From assembly GCA_963705165.1 (NCBI GenBank), contig CAVPJD010000030.1, positions 17,686 to 81,685 on the forward strand: a stretch of 64,000 nt of DNA, in the 5' to 3' direction. Shown here piece after piece: positions 10,658 through 20,071 of the stretch. This DNA comes from an uncultured delta proteobacterium (GTDB lineage Bacteria > Desulfobacterota > Syntrophia > Syntrophales > UBA2192). The number at the start of each line of letters is the position of its first letter. The stretch's first letter is position 1. The notes under the pieces were generated by a model. The model was not told the origin of the DNA and made no database searches. It saw only the letters and a list, made by a program, of their open reading frames with translations. Made by a program: the position numbers and the translations under genes.

Positions 10658-10673
10658 CTTGTAACGTTACAAG
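10658..10673. promoter_or_regulatory. Perfect 16-bp palindrome in the gcvPA-gcvPB spacer
   Basis: CTTGTAACGTTACAAG; function unknown. Confidence 0.35.
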
Positions 10674-10693
10674 TAACAGGCATTGCTAGCCTG

Positions 10694-12019
10694 TCATTTC
10701 AAGAGTTCGAAAACGCTGTCCATGTCTTCCCTGCTGAGCATCTCCGTCGCGCACAGCAGCATGCCACCCCCGAGCTCCGGGTAATCCTTCGAAAGATCGT
10801 ATCCCCCTGTATACCCGGCTGCCTCGAGCCGCGCGTTTGCAGCCTTGACGTCGGGGCATGCCAGCGCGAACTCGTTGTACACGGGCCCCGGGAAAAGGGG
10901 CTTCCAGCCCCGCAGGGCCGCCAGCTTTTCCTTGAGGTAATTTGCCTTCCAGGCGTTGAGGGCCGCCAGCTTTTTTAGGTTCTTCCCCAGGCTGGCCAGG
11001 TAGACGGCTGCGGCGAGCATGCAGAGGGCCTCGTTGGAGCAGATGTTGGAGGTGGCCTTCTCGCGACGAATATGCTGCTCCCGCGTCTGGAGCGTAAGCA
11101 CGTAGCCGCGCGAGCCCTCGCGGTCCATCGTTGCGCCGGCGAGCCTCCCGGGGATCTTCCGCAGGAAGGCATCGGTGCTGGCGAGAATGCCCAGATAGGG
11201 TCCCCCGTAGTTCATGGGGTTGCCGAAGCCCTGGCCCTCGCCGACCACGAAATCGGCCCCTGCATCGCCAGCGGGTTTCAGGATTCCGAGCGAGGTAGGA
11301 TCCGTAAAGCCTGCCACCAGAAGCGCTCCCCGCCCGTGCGCCAGATCGGCCAGGGGCCTGATGTCTTCGATGACGCCGAAGAAGTTGGGGCTCTGGACGA
11401 GCACGGCAGCGGTCTCATCGTCAAGGAGCTTCCGGAGCCCCTCGTTGTCGACTTGGCCCGTCGGCTTGAAGGGGATCTCTGCGCATTCGTAACCGTTGGC
11501 CCAGGCGTAGGTCCTCACCACGTTGCGGTTCTCGGGGTGAATCGATCTCGCCAGGAGCAGGCGGGTCTTCCCGAGGGTCTTGGCCGAAAGCACGGCAGCC
11601 TCGGCCATGGCCGTTGCCCCGTCGTACATGGAGGCATTGGCCACCTGTGTTCCCGTGAGCCGTGTGATCATGGTCTGGTACTCGTAGATGGCCTGCAAAA
11701 TGCCCTGGCTGATCTCGGCCTGGTAGGGGGTGTAGGCCGTGTAGAACTCCGAGCGGCCGATGATGTGGCCGACCACGGCGGGAATATAGTGATGGTAGGC
11801 GCCGGCGCCCAGGAGCGTTGCCTTCGGCAGGCGGTTACGGGCAGCGAGATCCGACATGTGCCCCCAGATTTCCTGCTCGGCAAGAGGCGGCGGCAGCTCG
11901 AGGAGCTTCTTGAGCCTGTATTTTTCCGGGATGTCGGCAAAGAGCGCCTCAAGGCTCTCAATACCGACGGTCTTCATCATCTCAATCTGCTCTTCCGGCG
12001 TGTGCGGAACGTAGTCCAT
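10694..12019 (-). CDS. gcvPA: Glycine dehydrogenase (decarboxylating) subunit 1
   Basis: [40 protein letters not shown]. Confidence 0.96.
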   Translation of the reverse strand: MDYVPHTPEEQIEMMKTVGIESLEALFADIPEKYRLKKLLELPPPLAEQEIWGHMSDLAARNRLPKATLLGAGAYHHYIPAVVGHIIGRSEFYTAYTPYQAEISQGILQAIYEYQTMITRLTGTQVANASMYDGATAMAEAAVLSAKTLGKTRLLLARSIHPENRNVVRTYAWANGYECAEIPFKPTGQVDNEGLRKLLDDETAAVLVQSPNFFGVIEDIRPLADLAHGRGALLVAGFTDPTSLGILKPAGDAGADFVVGEGQGFGNPMNYGGPYLGILASTDAFLRKIPGRLAGATMDREGSRGYVLTLQTREQHIRREKATSNICSNEALCMLAAAVYLASLGKNLKKLAALNAWKANYLKEKLAALRGWKPLFPGPVYNEFALACPDVKAANARLEAAGYTGGYDLSKDYPELGGGMLLCATEMLSREDMDSVFELLK

Positions 12020-12098
12020 ATGGCCTTCCCGTTCTGGATTTTATGATTCTTATTCTTCACTCAGACACTTCCGCACTCAGTCACTTCTTCCACTTCTT

Positions 12099-12497
12099 TT
12101 AGTGCGGGTTGGCTTTGATGTGCTCTTCGTAAACCTCGGCCGTCATGAGGCCATCCAGCTCGGAGGGGTTCTCCATCTTGATCTTTGCGATCCAGCCCTC
12201 GCCGAAGGCGTCCTTGTTGATCAACTCGGGAGTTGCTTCGAGGGCCTGGTTGACCTCCATGACCTCACCGCTCACCGGTGCGAAAATGTCCGACACGGAC
12301 TTGACCGACTCCACGACGGCAATCGGCTGCATCTGCTTGACCTTTCTGCCCACGGCGGGAAGCTCCACGTAGACCACGTCCGTAAGAAGCTCCTGCGCGT
12401 GATCCGTGATGCCCATGGTGACGGTATTGCCGCCGTCGCTCTTGGCCCACTCGTGCTCCTTTGTGTACTTTCGGTCTTTGGGACTGGGTTTGGCCAT
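12099..12497 (-). CDS. gcvH: Glycine cleavage system H protein
   Basis: YTKEHEW, GITDHAQ, lipoyl-Lys motif VESVKSVSD, GWI. Confidence 0.97.
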   Translation of the reverse strand: MAKPSPKDRKYTKEHEWAKSDGGNTVTMGITDHAQELLTDVVYVELPAVGRKVKQMQPIAVVESVKSVSDIFAPVSGEVMEVNQALEATPELINKDAFGEGWIAKIKMENPSELDGLMTAEVYEEHIKANPH

Positions 12498-12583
12498 CGT
12501 TTGCTCCTTTCGTTATCGTAGCCCCAACTGGATGAGTCACGGGGGGGCTGGTATCCGGCGCTTTTTGTCAGCTGACCTGCCGG

Positions 12584-13678
12584 TCATTTCTTTCTCTTGT
12601 AAAACGGTAACGGCACCACGTTCGCCTTTACCCTCTGGTTGCGGATCTCGATCTCCAGCGCAGTGCCCGGCTCTTTGAATGCAACGGGAACGAAGGCAAG
12701 TCCGATGGCCTTTCCGAGCGTTGGCGAGAAGGTCCCCGAGGTGACCTCGCCGATTTTCTCCCCGGCGGCCCAGACGGGGTATCCGTGCCGGGCAATGCCG
12801 CGATCGATCAGCTCGAAACCGATCAGCTTCTTCCGGACCCCTTGCTCCTTCTGTTTTTTCAGCGCCTCCCGGCCGATGAAGTCTTTTTCCAGGTCGGTGA
12901 CCCACCCGTAGACAACCTCGTAGGGAGTTACGGTCTGGCACATCTCATGGCCGAAGAGCATCATCCCCGCCTCGAGCCGGAGGGTGTCCCGTGCCCCGAG
13001 CCCTGCGGGCTTGATGCCGTGCGAATCGCCGATGCTGAGCAGCAGGTCCCATATCTCGCCGACCCGGGCTGCTGTCGTGTACACCTCGAAACCGTCCTCG
13101 CCGGTGTAGCCGCTTCGTGAAACAAGGGCGGGTATCCCGGCCACTCGCGTGTCGATGGCGTGGTAGAACCGAAGCGCAGCCAGATTCCCTTCGACGATCT
13201 CGGAGAGGATCTTCTGGGCGATCGGCCCCTGGATGTCGATCTTGCCTGTGGCCTCGGAGAGATCCGTCACGTCCGCCTTCGAAAATCCCTTCTCCTGCTT
13301 TGCCTTGAGGATCCATTCCATGTCGCCTTCCCGGGTTGAGGCGTTGGTTACAACCATGTAATGATCATCACCCTTCTTGTACACCGTCACATCGTCGATG
13401 ATCCCGCCTTTTGGGTTGGTGATCGCCGAGAGCTTCATCTCCCCGATCTGCTGCGCTGCGAGGTTGCGGCTCATCACCCACTGGAGGAGCTCCAGGGCCT
13501 GGTGCCCCCTGACCTCGATTTCTCCCATGTGGCAGACATCGAAAAGTCCCGCCAGGGTGCGGGTGTTTCTGTGCTCGTCGATGACGCCCGAATACTGGAC
13601 AGGCATTGCCCATCCGCCGAACTCGGTCATCGTGGCACCCAGAGCCAGATGCCGCTCGTAAAGCGATGTCTTTTTCAT
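12584..13678 (-). CDS. gcvT: Aminomethyltransferase, glycine cleavage T protein
   Basis: FGGWAMPVQY, GLFDVCHMG, SRSGYTGEDGFE, GLGARDTLRLEAG. Confidence 0.97.
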   Translation of the reverse strand: MKKTSLYERHLALGATMTEFGGWAMPVQYSGVIDEHRNTRTLAGLFDVCHMGEIEVRGHQALELLQWVMSRNLAAQQIGEMKLSAITNPKGGIIDDVTVYKKGDDHYMVVTNASTREGDMEWILKAKQEKGFSKADVTDLSEATGKIDIQGPIAQKILSEIVEGNLAALRFYHAIDTRVAGIPALVSRSGYTGEDGFEVYTTAARVGEIWDLLLSIGDSHGIKPAGLGARDTLRLEAGMMLFGHEMCQTVTPYEVVYGWVTDLEKDFIGREALKKQKEQGVRKKLIGFELIDRGIARHGYPVWAAGEKIGEVTSGTFSPTLGKAIGLAFVPVAFKEPGTALEIEIRNQRVKANVVPLPFYKRKK

Positions 13679-14250
13679 GGGAAGCTCCTGTCGGATAGCC
13701 GGTGCGGCATGAGGGAATAGAGAGGGGGGAAGGGTTTTCGGGGCCGGTCGGTGATCGACCGCCCCCCGGTACCAATGCCCTCGCAGAGGCCTGCAGGGGC
13801 CGCCAGAGGGGACAGGTGGAACTTCGGGCTTGCCGGAACGCGCTGCGTCGTCATAGCTGCCGTTTGCCTGTGTTGTGTGCTGACCCGATTGATTGCCGGG
13901 TCTCCCCGGGCAATTGCATGATGAGAATGGACCGTGCTTTTCTTGCGAATCTGTTCGCTGACACTACACTAAACACGGGGAGATTTCAACACGGATGTCG
14001 CCTTCGCCAATCAGGGCTTTCAGCCTGCCGCGTCGCGGGGAACCCTGTTGGCTCGAACCTCCGGGGGACAGGAAGATAAAAAATTCAGTAGAATTTTTCC
14101 TCCAATTGTATTAAACGAGCAGGATAGTTTACATTTTTCTTGAGGAATCGGGTTTTTCGACATCAGGTTCCGGGTTCGGGCCTGTCGGAACAAAACCGTA
14201 ACCCCCTGTTTCCTCAAGGAGGCGCGCGAACGTGCCGGGAGAGGTTCATT

Positions 14251-15564
14251 ATGAGATTCGACATCGCCAAGAGGGGAAACGGGCTCACTTACGAAATCCG
14301 CAACATCGTCGGGGTGGCAAACCGGCTCAAGGCCTGCGGCATGGAAGTGACCTGGGAGAACATCGGGGATCCCGTCCAGAAGGGGGAGCTCATCCCGGAC
14401 TGGATGAAGGAGGTCATCGTTGAGACCGTCCGGGACAACAAATCCTACGGCTATTCCCCCACGCAGGGGGTGGACGAGACGCGGGAGTTCCTGGCCGGGC
14501 TTGTCAACAAGCGCGGCAAGACCCAGATTACCCCGGACGACATCCTGTTTTTCAACGGGCTTGGCGATGCCATTGCACGATGCTACAGCGCGATCCGCGT
14601 GGACGCCCGGGTGATCCTCCCCGAACCGACCTACTCCACCCATTTCCTGGCCGAGGTGCTCCACGCCTCGTTCCCGCCCAACACCTACCGGATGAACCCC
14701 TATCACAAGTGGCACCCGGACATGAACGAGCTGGAGCTGAAGGTGAAGAGCCACAAGGCCATCGTGGGGATCCTCGTCATCAACCCCGACAACCCCACAG
14801 GGTTTGTCTACCACGAAGAGACGTTGAAACGGATTGTCCGTATCGCCAAGGAGAACGACCTCTTTCTCATCTTCGACGAGACCTACATCAACATGGTCTA
14901 CAACGGGAAGATCGCCGTTCCGCTTTCCGACATCGTCGAGGATGTCCCGGCCATGAGCATGAAGGGCATCTCCAAGGAGTTCCCCTGGCCGGGGGCCCGC
15001 TGCGGCTGGATCGAATTCTACAACGCCGACAAGGACGAGACCTTCCAGCGCTACACCAGCGCCATCCTGCAGCAGAAGATGTCCGAGGTGTGCTCGACCA
15101 CGCTTCCCCAGATGACGATCCCGAAGATCATGACCCACCCGGAATATGAAAAGTATCTCAACACCCGGATCCGGCGCTATGAGAAGCTCTCGAACCTGGC
15201 CTTTAATATTTTGAAAAATGTGCCCTACATCGTCGTGAACCGCACGGACGGCGCCTTCTACATGACCGTTGTCTTCAACGAGGCCGTGCTGAACAACAAG
15301 CAGACCCTCCCGATCGAGAGCTCGGAGATCAGGCAGTTCATCGAAAAGCTCACCTCCGACAACATCGAGCTCGACAAACGCTTTGTTTACTACCTGCTGG
15401 GCTCGACGGGCATCTGCGTCGTGCCGCTGACGTCCTTCTTCACGCCGCTTCTGGGCTTCCGCCTCACGCTGCTGGAAACCGACGAAGACCGCTTCGAGTC
15501 CACCGTGAAGACGCTCGCCGAAAAGATCGTCGAATACATCGATTCGACGAAACGGACGGCGTAA
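14251..15564 (+). CDS. Class I/II PLP-dependent aminotransferase (AlaA/AspC-like)
   Basis: NIGDP, INPDNPTG, FDETY, GISKEFPWPGARCGW (PLP lysine); GAGG RBS before ATG 14251. Confidence 0.92.
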   Translation: MRFDIAKRGNGLTYEIRNIVGVANRLKACGMEVTWENIGDPVQKGELIPDWMKEVIVETVRDNKSYGYSPTQGVDETREFLAGLVNKRGKTQITPDDILFFNGLGDAIARCYSAIRVDARVILPEPTYSTHFLAEVLHASFPPNTYRMNPYHKWHPDMNELELKVKSHKAIVGILVINPDNPTGFVYHEETLKRIVRIAKENDLFLIFDETYINMVYNGKIAVPLSDIVEDVPAMSMKGISKEFPWPGARCGWIEFYNADKDETFQRYTSAILQQKMSEVCSTTLPQMTIPKIMTHPEYEKYLNTRIRRYEKLSNLAFNILKNVPYIVVNRTDGAFYMTVVFNEAVLNNKQTLPIESSEIRQFIEKLTSDNIELDKRFVYYLLGSTGICVVPLTSFFTPLLGFRLTLLETDEDRFESTVKTLAEKIVEYIDSTKRTA

Positions 15565-15593
15565 GGTTCCGAAATCAAGGAAACAGTCAAACG

Positions 15594-15630
15594 AAAGCCC
15601 CCGCGATCCACTGATCCCGGGGGCTTTTTC
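15594..15630 (+). terminator. Intrinsic terminator, possibly bidirectional
   Basis: AAAGCCCCCG...CGGGGGCTTTTT between convergent genes. Confidence 0.75.
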
Positions 15631-15665
15631 TTGCCCTGTACCCTATACCCGTTACCCTGGACCCG

Positions 15666-15789
15666 CAGGCTGTTCAAGCGTTCCTGGATGCAAGGCCTCC
15701 GCAGTCCCGAGGAGCGGAGGCGTACTTGAGCGTACGTCGAGCGACGAGGGACAAGGGAACGCCGCAGACGAGTACGCTTCAACAGCCTG
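15666..15789. mobile_element. 124-bp MITE-like element with 16-bp terminal inverted repeats
   Basis: Left end CAGGCTGTTCAAGCGT; right end reverse-complements to CAGGCTGTTGAAGCGT (15/16 match); internal CGTAC/GTACG hairpin; no coding capacity. Confidence 0.6.
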
Positions 15790-16566
15790 TCAGCGGTCTT
15801 TCCATACGGGCTTGCGCTTCTCCAAAAACGCCGCGACCCCTTCCTTGCCGTCCTCCGTGAAGAAGTTGTTCACGATGACGTTCGACGCGAGATCGTAGGC
15901 CGCCGGGTCGGGCAGGTTGACCTGGGTGTAGAAGGCCTGCTTGCCGATCGCCAGGCACGAGAGGCTCGCCCGAGCGATGTGCCGGGCCAGTTCCATTGTC
16001 TCCTCCTCGAGCCTCTCAACGGAGACAACGCGGTTGATGAGATTCCACTGCTCAGCCTCGCGGGCGCTGATCAGCCGAGCTGTGAAGAGCATCTCCAGGG
16101 CGCGCTTGCGGCCCACGGCCCGGACGATGGACACGGCAGGCGAGGAGCAGAAGACACCGATGTTGACCCCCGGGGTCCCGAACCGGGCCCCCTCCTCGGC
16201 CACGGCAAGGTCGCAGGCCGCCACGAGCTGGCAGCCCGCCGCCGTGGCGATCCCCTGGACTTGGGCGATCACGGGCTGGGGCAGGCGCTGGAGCCGCAGC
16301 ATCATCTCCGAGCACGTCGAGAACATCGTATTGCAGACGGTGATCTCCTTTCCCGCCAAATCGGCGAGGTCATGGCCCGCGCAGAAGTTCTTGCCGGCGG
16401 CCCTGACGACGAGCACCTTCACCTCACGGCTTGCCGCGATGCCAGCGAGAAAGCCGTTCATCTCCCCGATCAGGGCGATCGAAAGGGCGTTATTTTTCCC
16501 CGGACGATTCAGCGTGACGATGCCGACGGAATCGACCTTTTCGAAGGTGATGTTCTGAAATTCCAT
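15790..16566 (-). CDS. Enoyl-CoA hydratase/isomerase family protein
   Basis: TLNRP..NAL, FCAGHDL, ATAAGCQLVAACDL, AFLEKRKPVW; GGAGG RBS. Confidence 0.93.
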   Translation of the reverse strand: MEFQNITFEKVDSVGIVTLNRPGKNNALSIALIGEMNGFLAGIAASREVKVLVVRAAGKNFCAGHDLADLAGKEITVCNTMFSTCSEMMLRLQRLPQPVIAQVQGIATAAGCQLVAACDLAVAEEGARFGTPGVNIGVFCSSPAVSIVRAVGRKRALEMLFTARLISAREAEQWNLINRVVSVERLEEETMELARHIARASLSCLAIGKQAFYTQVNLPDPAAYDLASNVIVNNFFTEDGKEGVAAFLEKRKPVWKDR

Positions 16567-16742
16567 TTCGGTCCCTCCTGTGGTCAAAAGATGGTTGCGA
16601 TGTCCCAGTCCTTGACGGGTGCCCTTCTATGGGATAAAAAAGAACCCTGTGAAGGGCCCTGACTGGAGCCACGTTTCACATATCGGGTGGCCGGGGCATT
16701 GTCAACAGGAGATCCAACAAAATGAACAGATCGGGGGTTTGC

Positions 16743-17858
16743 ATGAGCGATTCCGTCCTTTTCCAGTCCGCGCAGATCGGTTCCCTGAAACTGCCCAACC
16801 GTTTCGTCCGTTCGGCCACCTGGGAGGGTCTCGCAGCGCCCGACGGCAGCTGCACCGATGAGCTTGTCCGGCTCATGGAAGGGCTTGCCGAAGGAGGGGT
16901 GGGGCTCGTCATCTCGAGCCATGCCTTTGTCAGGCCCGAGGGGGTTGCGGTGCGGGGCCAGCTCGGCATTCACCGCGACGATCTCATTGACGGGCTTGCC
17001 CGGATGGCGGATGCCGTTCATGGCAAGGGCGGCAGGATCGTCCTGCAGCTTGCCCACGGAGGCCTTCTGGCCGGCACGCAGCTCACGGGGAAGCCGGCGC
17101 TGGCCCCGTCGCTTGAAGGCGGCCCCGAGAAGACGCGGCGTCGCGAGATGACGGAGGCGGACATCGCAGACACGATCAGGGCCTACGGCGAGGCGGCCCT
17201 TCGGGCAAAGAAGGCCGGCTTCGACGGGGTTCAGATCCATGCCGCCCACGGCTATCTGCTCAACCAGTTCCTCTCCCCCTGGTTTAACCGCCGCTCCGAT
17301 CGCTGGGGCGGCACGATCGAAAACAGGACCCGGATCGTTCTGGACATCCTCGCCTCGGCGAGGAATGCCACGGGCGGAGATTACCCCATCCTGGCGAAGA
17401 TGAATTCCGAGGATTTCCTGGAAGGGGGCCTCGCGAGGGAAGATTCGCTGCAGGCGGCGCTCATGATCGCCGCCGCCGGTGCCGATGCCATCGAGCTTTC
17501 CGGCGGAACCCTTCTTTCGGGCAAGCTCAGCCCGTCGCGCTCGAAGATCGATTCCGTCGAACAGGAGGCCTACTTCCGGGATGCCGCGCGGGCCATCAAG
17601 GCGAAGCTGAACATTCCCCTGGCTCTCGTGGGCGGTATCCGCTCCTTCGAGGTGGCCGAGGGCCTCGTGAAGGAAGGCATCGCGGATTTTGTTTCCATGA
17701 GCCGCCCCTTCATCCGGGAGCCGGGCCTTGTCAACCGGTGGAAAAGCGGCGACCGCAGCAGGGCGACCTGCCTGTCCGACAACCGCTGCTTTGGCCCCCC
17801 CATGCGCGGGACGGGTTTTTATTGCGTCGTGGACAGGGAGGGAAAAGAAGGAAGATAG
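16743..17858 (+). CDS. NADH:flavin oxidoreductase (old yellow enzyme family)
   Basis: LPNRFVRSAT, LQLAHGG, GFDGVQIHAAHGYLLNQFLSP, C-terminal CLSDNRC. Confidence 0.93.
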   Translation: MSDSVLFQSAQIGSLKLPNRFVRSATWEGLAAPDGSCTDELVRLMEGLAEGGVGLVISSHAFVRPEGVAVRGQLGIHRDDLIDGLARMADAVHGKGGRIVLQLAHGGLLAGTQLTGKPALAPSLEGGPEKTRRREMTEADIADTIRAYGEAALRAKKAGFDGVQIHAAHGYLLNQFLSPWFNRRSDRWGGTIENRTRIVLDILASARNATGGDYPILAKMNSEDFLEGGLAREDSLQAALMIAAAGADAIELSGGTLLSGKLSPSRSKIDSVEQEAYFRDAARAIKAKLNIPLALVGGIRSFEVAEGLVKEGIADFVSMSRPFIREPGLVNRWKSGDRSRATCLSDNRCFGPPMRGTGFYCVVDREGKEGR

Positions 17859-17916
17859 GAGGATAAGAAGCGCGGAAGAGCGGATAAGGGAAAGGGTCTT
17901 TATTTTTCTGCTCTTC

Positions 17917-18351
17917 CTAACTTCCGCTCTTCTTCACTTCTTTCTTTTCACGGAGGCGGTGATAGCCCAGGGCCTGCCCGGTGGCGACGAGTGTGCCCGA
18001 GGCACCGCGCACGTCTACGGTCCAGAGGCTGAGGGACTTCTTGATGTCAACGGGTTTTGCCTCGGCCGTGATGCGCTCCCCCGGGGTTGCGGCTGCGAGG
18101 TAATTGATCTTCAGCTCCACGAGCAGGACGTCGTATTCCATCGAGTTTGCGGCCACGGCGGACGCTTGGTCGATCATGGCAGAGAGGATCATCCCGTGGG
18201 CCCGGTTGTGGGCATTGAGGTATTCGGGGTTGATCACGACGGAAAGACGGGAATAGGCCCGTCGGACCTCCTCGAGCCGGATTCCCAGGAAGGCGGCCAT
18301 GGGGTCCTTGGCGACGACTTCTTTCGCGTATTGAACATGCGGGTCATCCAT
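17917..18351 (-). CDS. PaaI-family hotdog thioesterase
   Basis: LNAHNRAHG..ILSAMIDQA and ELKINYL; AGGAG RBS. Confidence 0.85.
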   Translation of the reverse strand: MDDPHVQYAKEVVAKDPMAAFLGIRLEEVRRAYSRLSVVINPEYLNAHNRAHGMILSAMIDQASAVAANSMEYDVLLVELKINYLAAATPGERITAEAKPVDIKKSLSLWTVDVRGASGTLVATGQALGYHRLREKKEVKKSGS

Positions 18352-18461
18352 GAGATGGCTCCTCTTTTCCTCGCTTCTGCTCTTCCGAGCTTCACGGACT
18401 TGAAGTCGAAATATGAACACAAGGCGTATGCCGGGATGCGCCTCCCGTCAACAGCCTGAGG

Positions 18462-19013
18462 TCAGTCCAGGTCGTATTCGAACTTCGCCACGATGTGCAG
18501 CGTCGACAGGCTGAAGGTTTCCGGGAAAGGGGCGTAGGGGGCCGCGGCCTGCACGACGGCGAGCGCCCCCCGGTCCAGTGACTCGAAACCGGATGACGAG
18601 ACAATGCCGGTTGCCGCAAGGGTGCCGTCGTTCTGAATGGAGAAACGAACGACTGCCGTTCCCGTTTCGCTTCGCGAGTAGGCATCCTGGGGGTAGGCCC
18701 ACAGGGACTCAATCCTGCGCCGCAGATCACGCAGGTAGGCGCGGTACTTCCCGGAGGGGTTTGCGAGATCAACCGTTTCCTCGGGGCCCGTGGCCGGTTC
18801 CTTGTGGGGCTTGTCGAGGGAGACTTCCTTTTTGCTTTCCGCCTTTCGGCTGTCGTCGGCTTCTTTCTTGGGCAGATCGGCCAGCTGGACCGTGAAGGTC
18901 TCAAAGGGAAGCGAGGAGCCGCCGGAGATCAGCATTCCCGCCAGGGACAGGAAGGCCACGTGGAAGGCGCAGGAGGCAAGGATGAAGCGGAGCAGAACTT
19001 TCTTGGTAATCAT
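18462..19013 (-). CDS. Short TonB/TolA C-terminal domain protein
   Basis: N-terminal TM with S...H, charged linker, WAYP..A, SSGFESLDRGAL. Confidence 0.85.
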   Translation of the reverse strand: MITKKVLLRFILASCAFHVAFLSLAGMLISGGSSLPFETFTVQLADLPKKEADDSRKAESKKEVSLDKPHKEPATGPEETVDLANPSGKYRAYLRDLRRRIESLWAYPQDAYSRSETGTAVVRFSIQNDGTLAATGIVSSSGFESLDRGALAVVQAAAPYAPFPETFSLSTLHIVAKFEYDLD

Positions 19014-19104
19014 CTCAACTCACCCCGGTAGAGGACCCTTTATAGTCAACAGTTTGAAATAAAGCAAGTTTGCTGCCAATCCGGCAGCCGTTGCAGGATG
19101 CGCC

Positions 19105-19557
19105 ATGGATCGCGATGAAAAATTCATGAGGCTTGCCCTCGCCGAGGCCGAAAAAGCCCTTCAGGCGGGCGAGGTGCCCGTGGGTGCCGTCGTCGTTCGG
19201 GGCGGCGAGGTCATCGCCTCGGCCCACAACGGGCCTGTCGGTCTCAAGGACCCCTCGGCCCACGCCGAGATCCTCGCCCTGCGCAGGGCCGCCGCCGCGG
19301 AGGGGAACTACCGCCTTGCGGGCACGACGCTCTACGTGACGATCGAGCCCTGCCTCATGTGCGCAGGCGCCCTCATCCACGCCCGTGTTTCACGGCTCGT
19401 ATTCGGGGCAACCGACCCCAAGGGCGGAGCCGTTGTTTCTCTTTACGGGGTGTTGCAGGACGGCCGCCTCAATCACCGGGTGGAGGCTACCGGGGGGGTC
19501 CTCCGGGAGGCATGTAGCGAAATTTTGAGTAGATTTTTCCGCGAAAAACGATTATGA
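19105..19557 (+). CDS. tadA: tRNA adenosine(34) deaminase
   Basis: EVPVGAV, AHAE and EPCLMCAGA motifs. Confidence 0.96.
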   Translation: MDRDEKFMRLALAEAEKALQAGEVPVGAVVVRGGEVIASAHNGPVGLKDPSAHAEILALRRAAAAEGNYRLAGTTLYVTIEPCLMCAGALIHARVSRLVFGATDPKGGAVVSLYGVLQDGRLNHRVEATGGVLREACSEILSRFFREKRL

Positions 19558-19571
19558 AACGGTCAGTAAGC

Positions 19572-19666
19572 GGAGAGATACCGAAGTGGTCGTAACGGGA
19601 CCGACTCGAAATCGGTTTGAGGGCTTAACAGCTCTCACGGGGGTTCGAATCCCCCTCTCTCCGCCA
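19572..19666 (+). tRNA. tRNA-Ser(CGA)
   Basis: Cloverleaf with ACCGA-CTCGAAA-TCGGT anticodon arm, long variable arm, GGTTCGAATCC, 3' GCCA. Confidence 0.96.
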
Positions 19667-19758
19667 TTTCTATATCTGCCGGGCCTTTCTTTGTTTGCGC
19701 TCCTCTGATCTTCTGCTCCTCCGATCGTCACCGACGGAAAACGGTCCATTTTTCGCAA

Positions 19759-19845
19759 GCGTCTCAGCGGGATGCAGCTCTATCAGCCGCCCATAACCCT
19801 TCAAGATGGGTATGGACAAAGGTCAGGGAAACTGGTAAGAGACGC
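19759..19845 (+). ncRNA. Candidate structured RNA (four-way junction) between the tRNA-Ser genes
   Basis: GCGTCTC/GAGACGC closing stem enclosing three hairpins; family not recognised, strand uncertain. Confidence 0.35.
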
Positions 19846-19901
19846 CCTAATGAAAAGAGGGCTCCCGTCGGGGGCCCCTCTTCGCTGAAACGGGAAATTG
19901 C

Positions 19902-19996
19902 GGAGAGATGCCAGAGCGGCCGAATGGGCACGACTGGAAATCGTGTGTGCGCCCTATAAAGGTGCACCGGGGGTTCGAATCCCCCTCTCTCCGCCA
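19902..19996 (+). tRNA. tRNA-Ser(GGA)
   Basis: CACGA-CTGGAAA-TCGTG anticodon arm, long variable arm, T-loop, 3' GCCA. Confidence 0.96.
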
Positions 19997-20071
19997 GAAA
20001 ATAAAGAAACGGCGGCGATCGGTTGTTGCCAGCCGTTTTTCTTTCCCGGGGCCCGGGGTGCGGTTACCGTC

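Noticed and set aside
13800..13900. Glycine or c-di-GMP-I riboswitch upstream of gcvT (minus strand GGCAAAC...GACGCA)
   Set aside because: No CCGAAG/CTCTCAGG glycine core; the c-di-GMP-like words lack the GNRA-capped stem and receptor.
19791..19815. tRNA-Sec suggested by CTTCAA in a hairpin loop
   Set aside because: Loop register does not give a 7-nt UCA anticodon loop; no T-arm or CCA.
19638..19996. Identical 3' ends of the two tRNA-Ser genes as att sites
   Set aside because: Both are complete tRNAs with different anticodons; no integrase nearby.
19898..20071. N-terminal extension of the thrC ORF
   Set aside because: Overlaps tRNA-Ser(GGA); true start is downstream.
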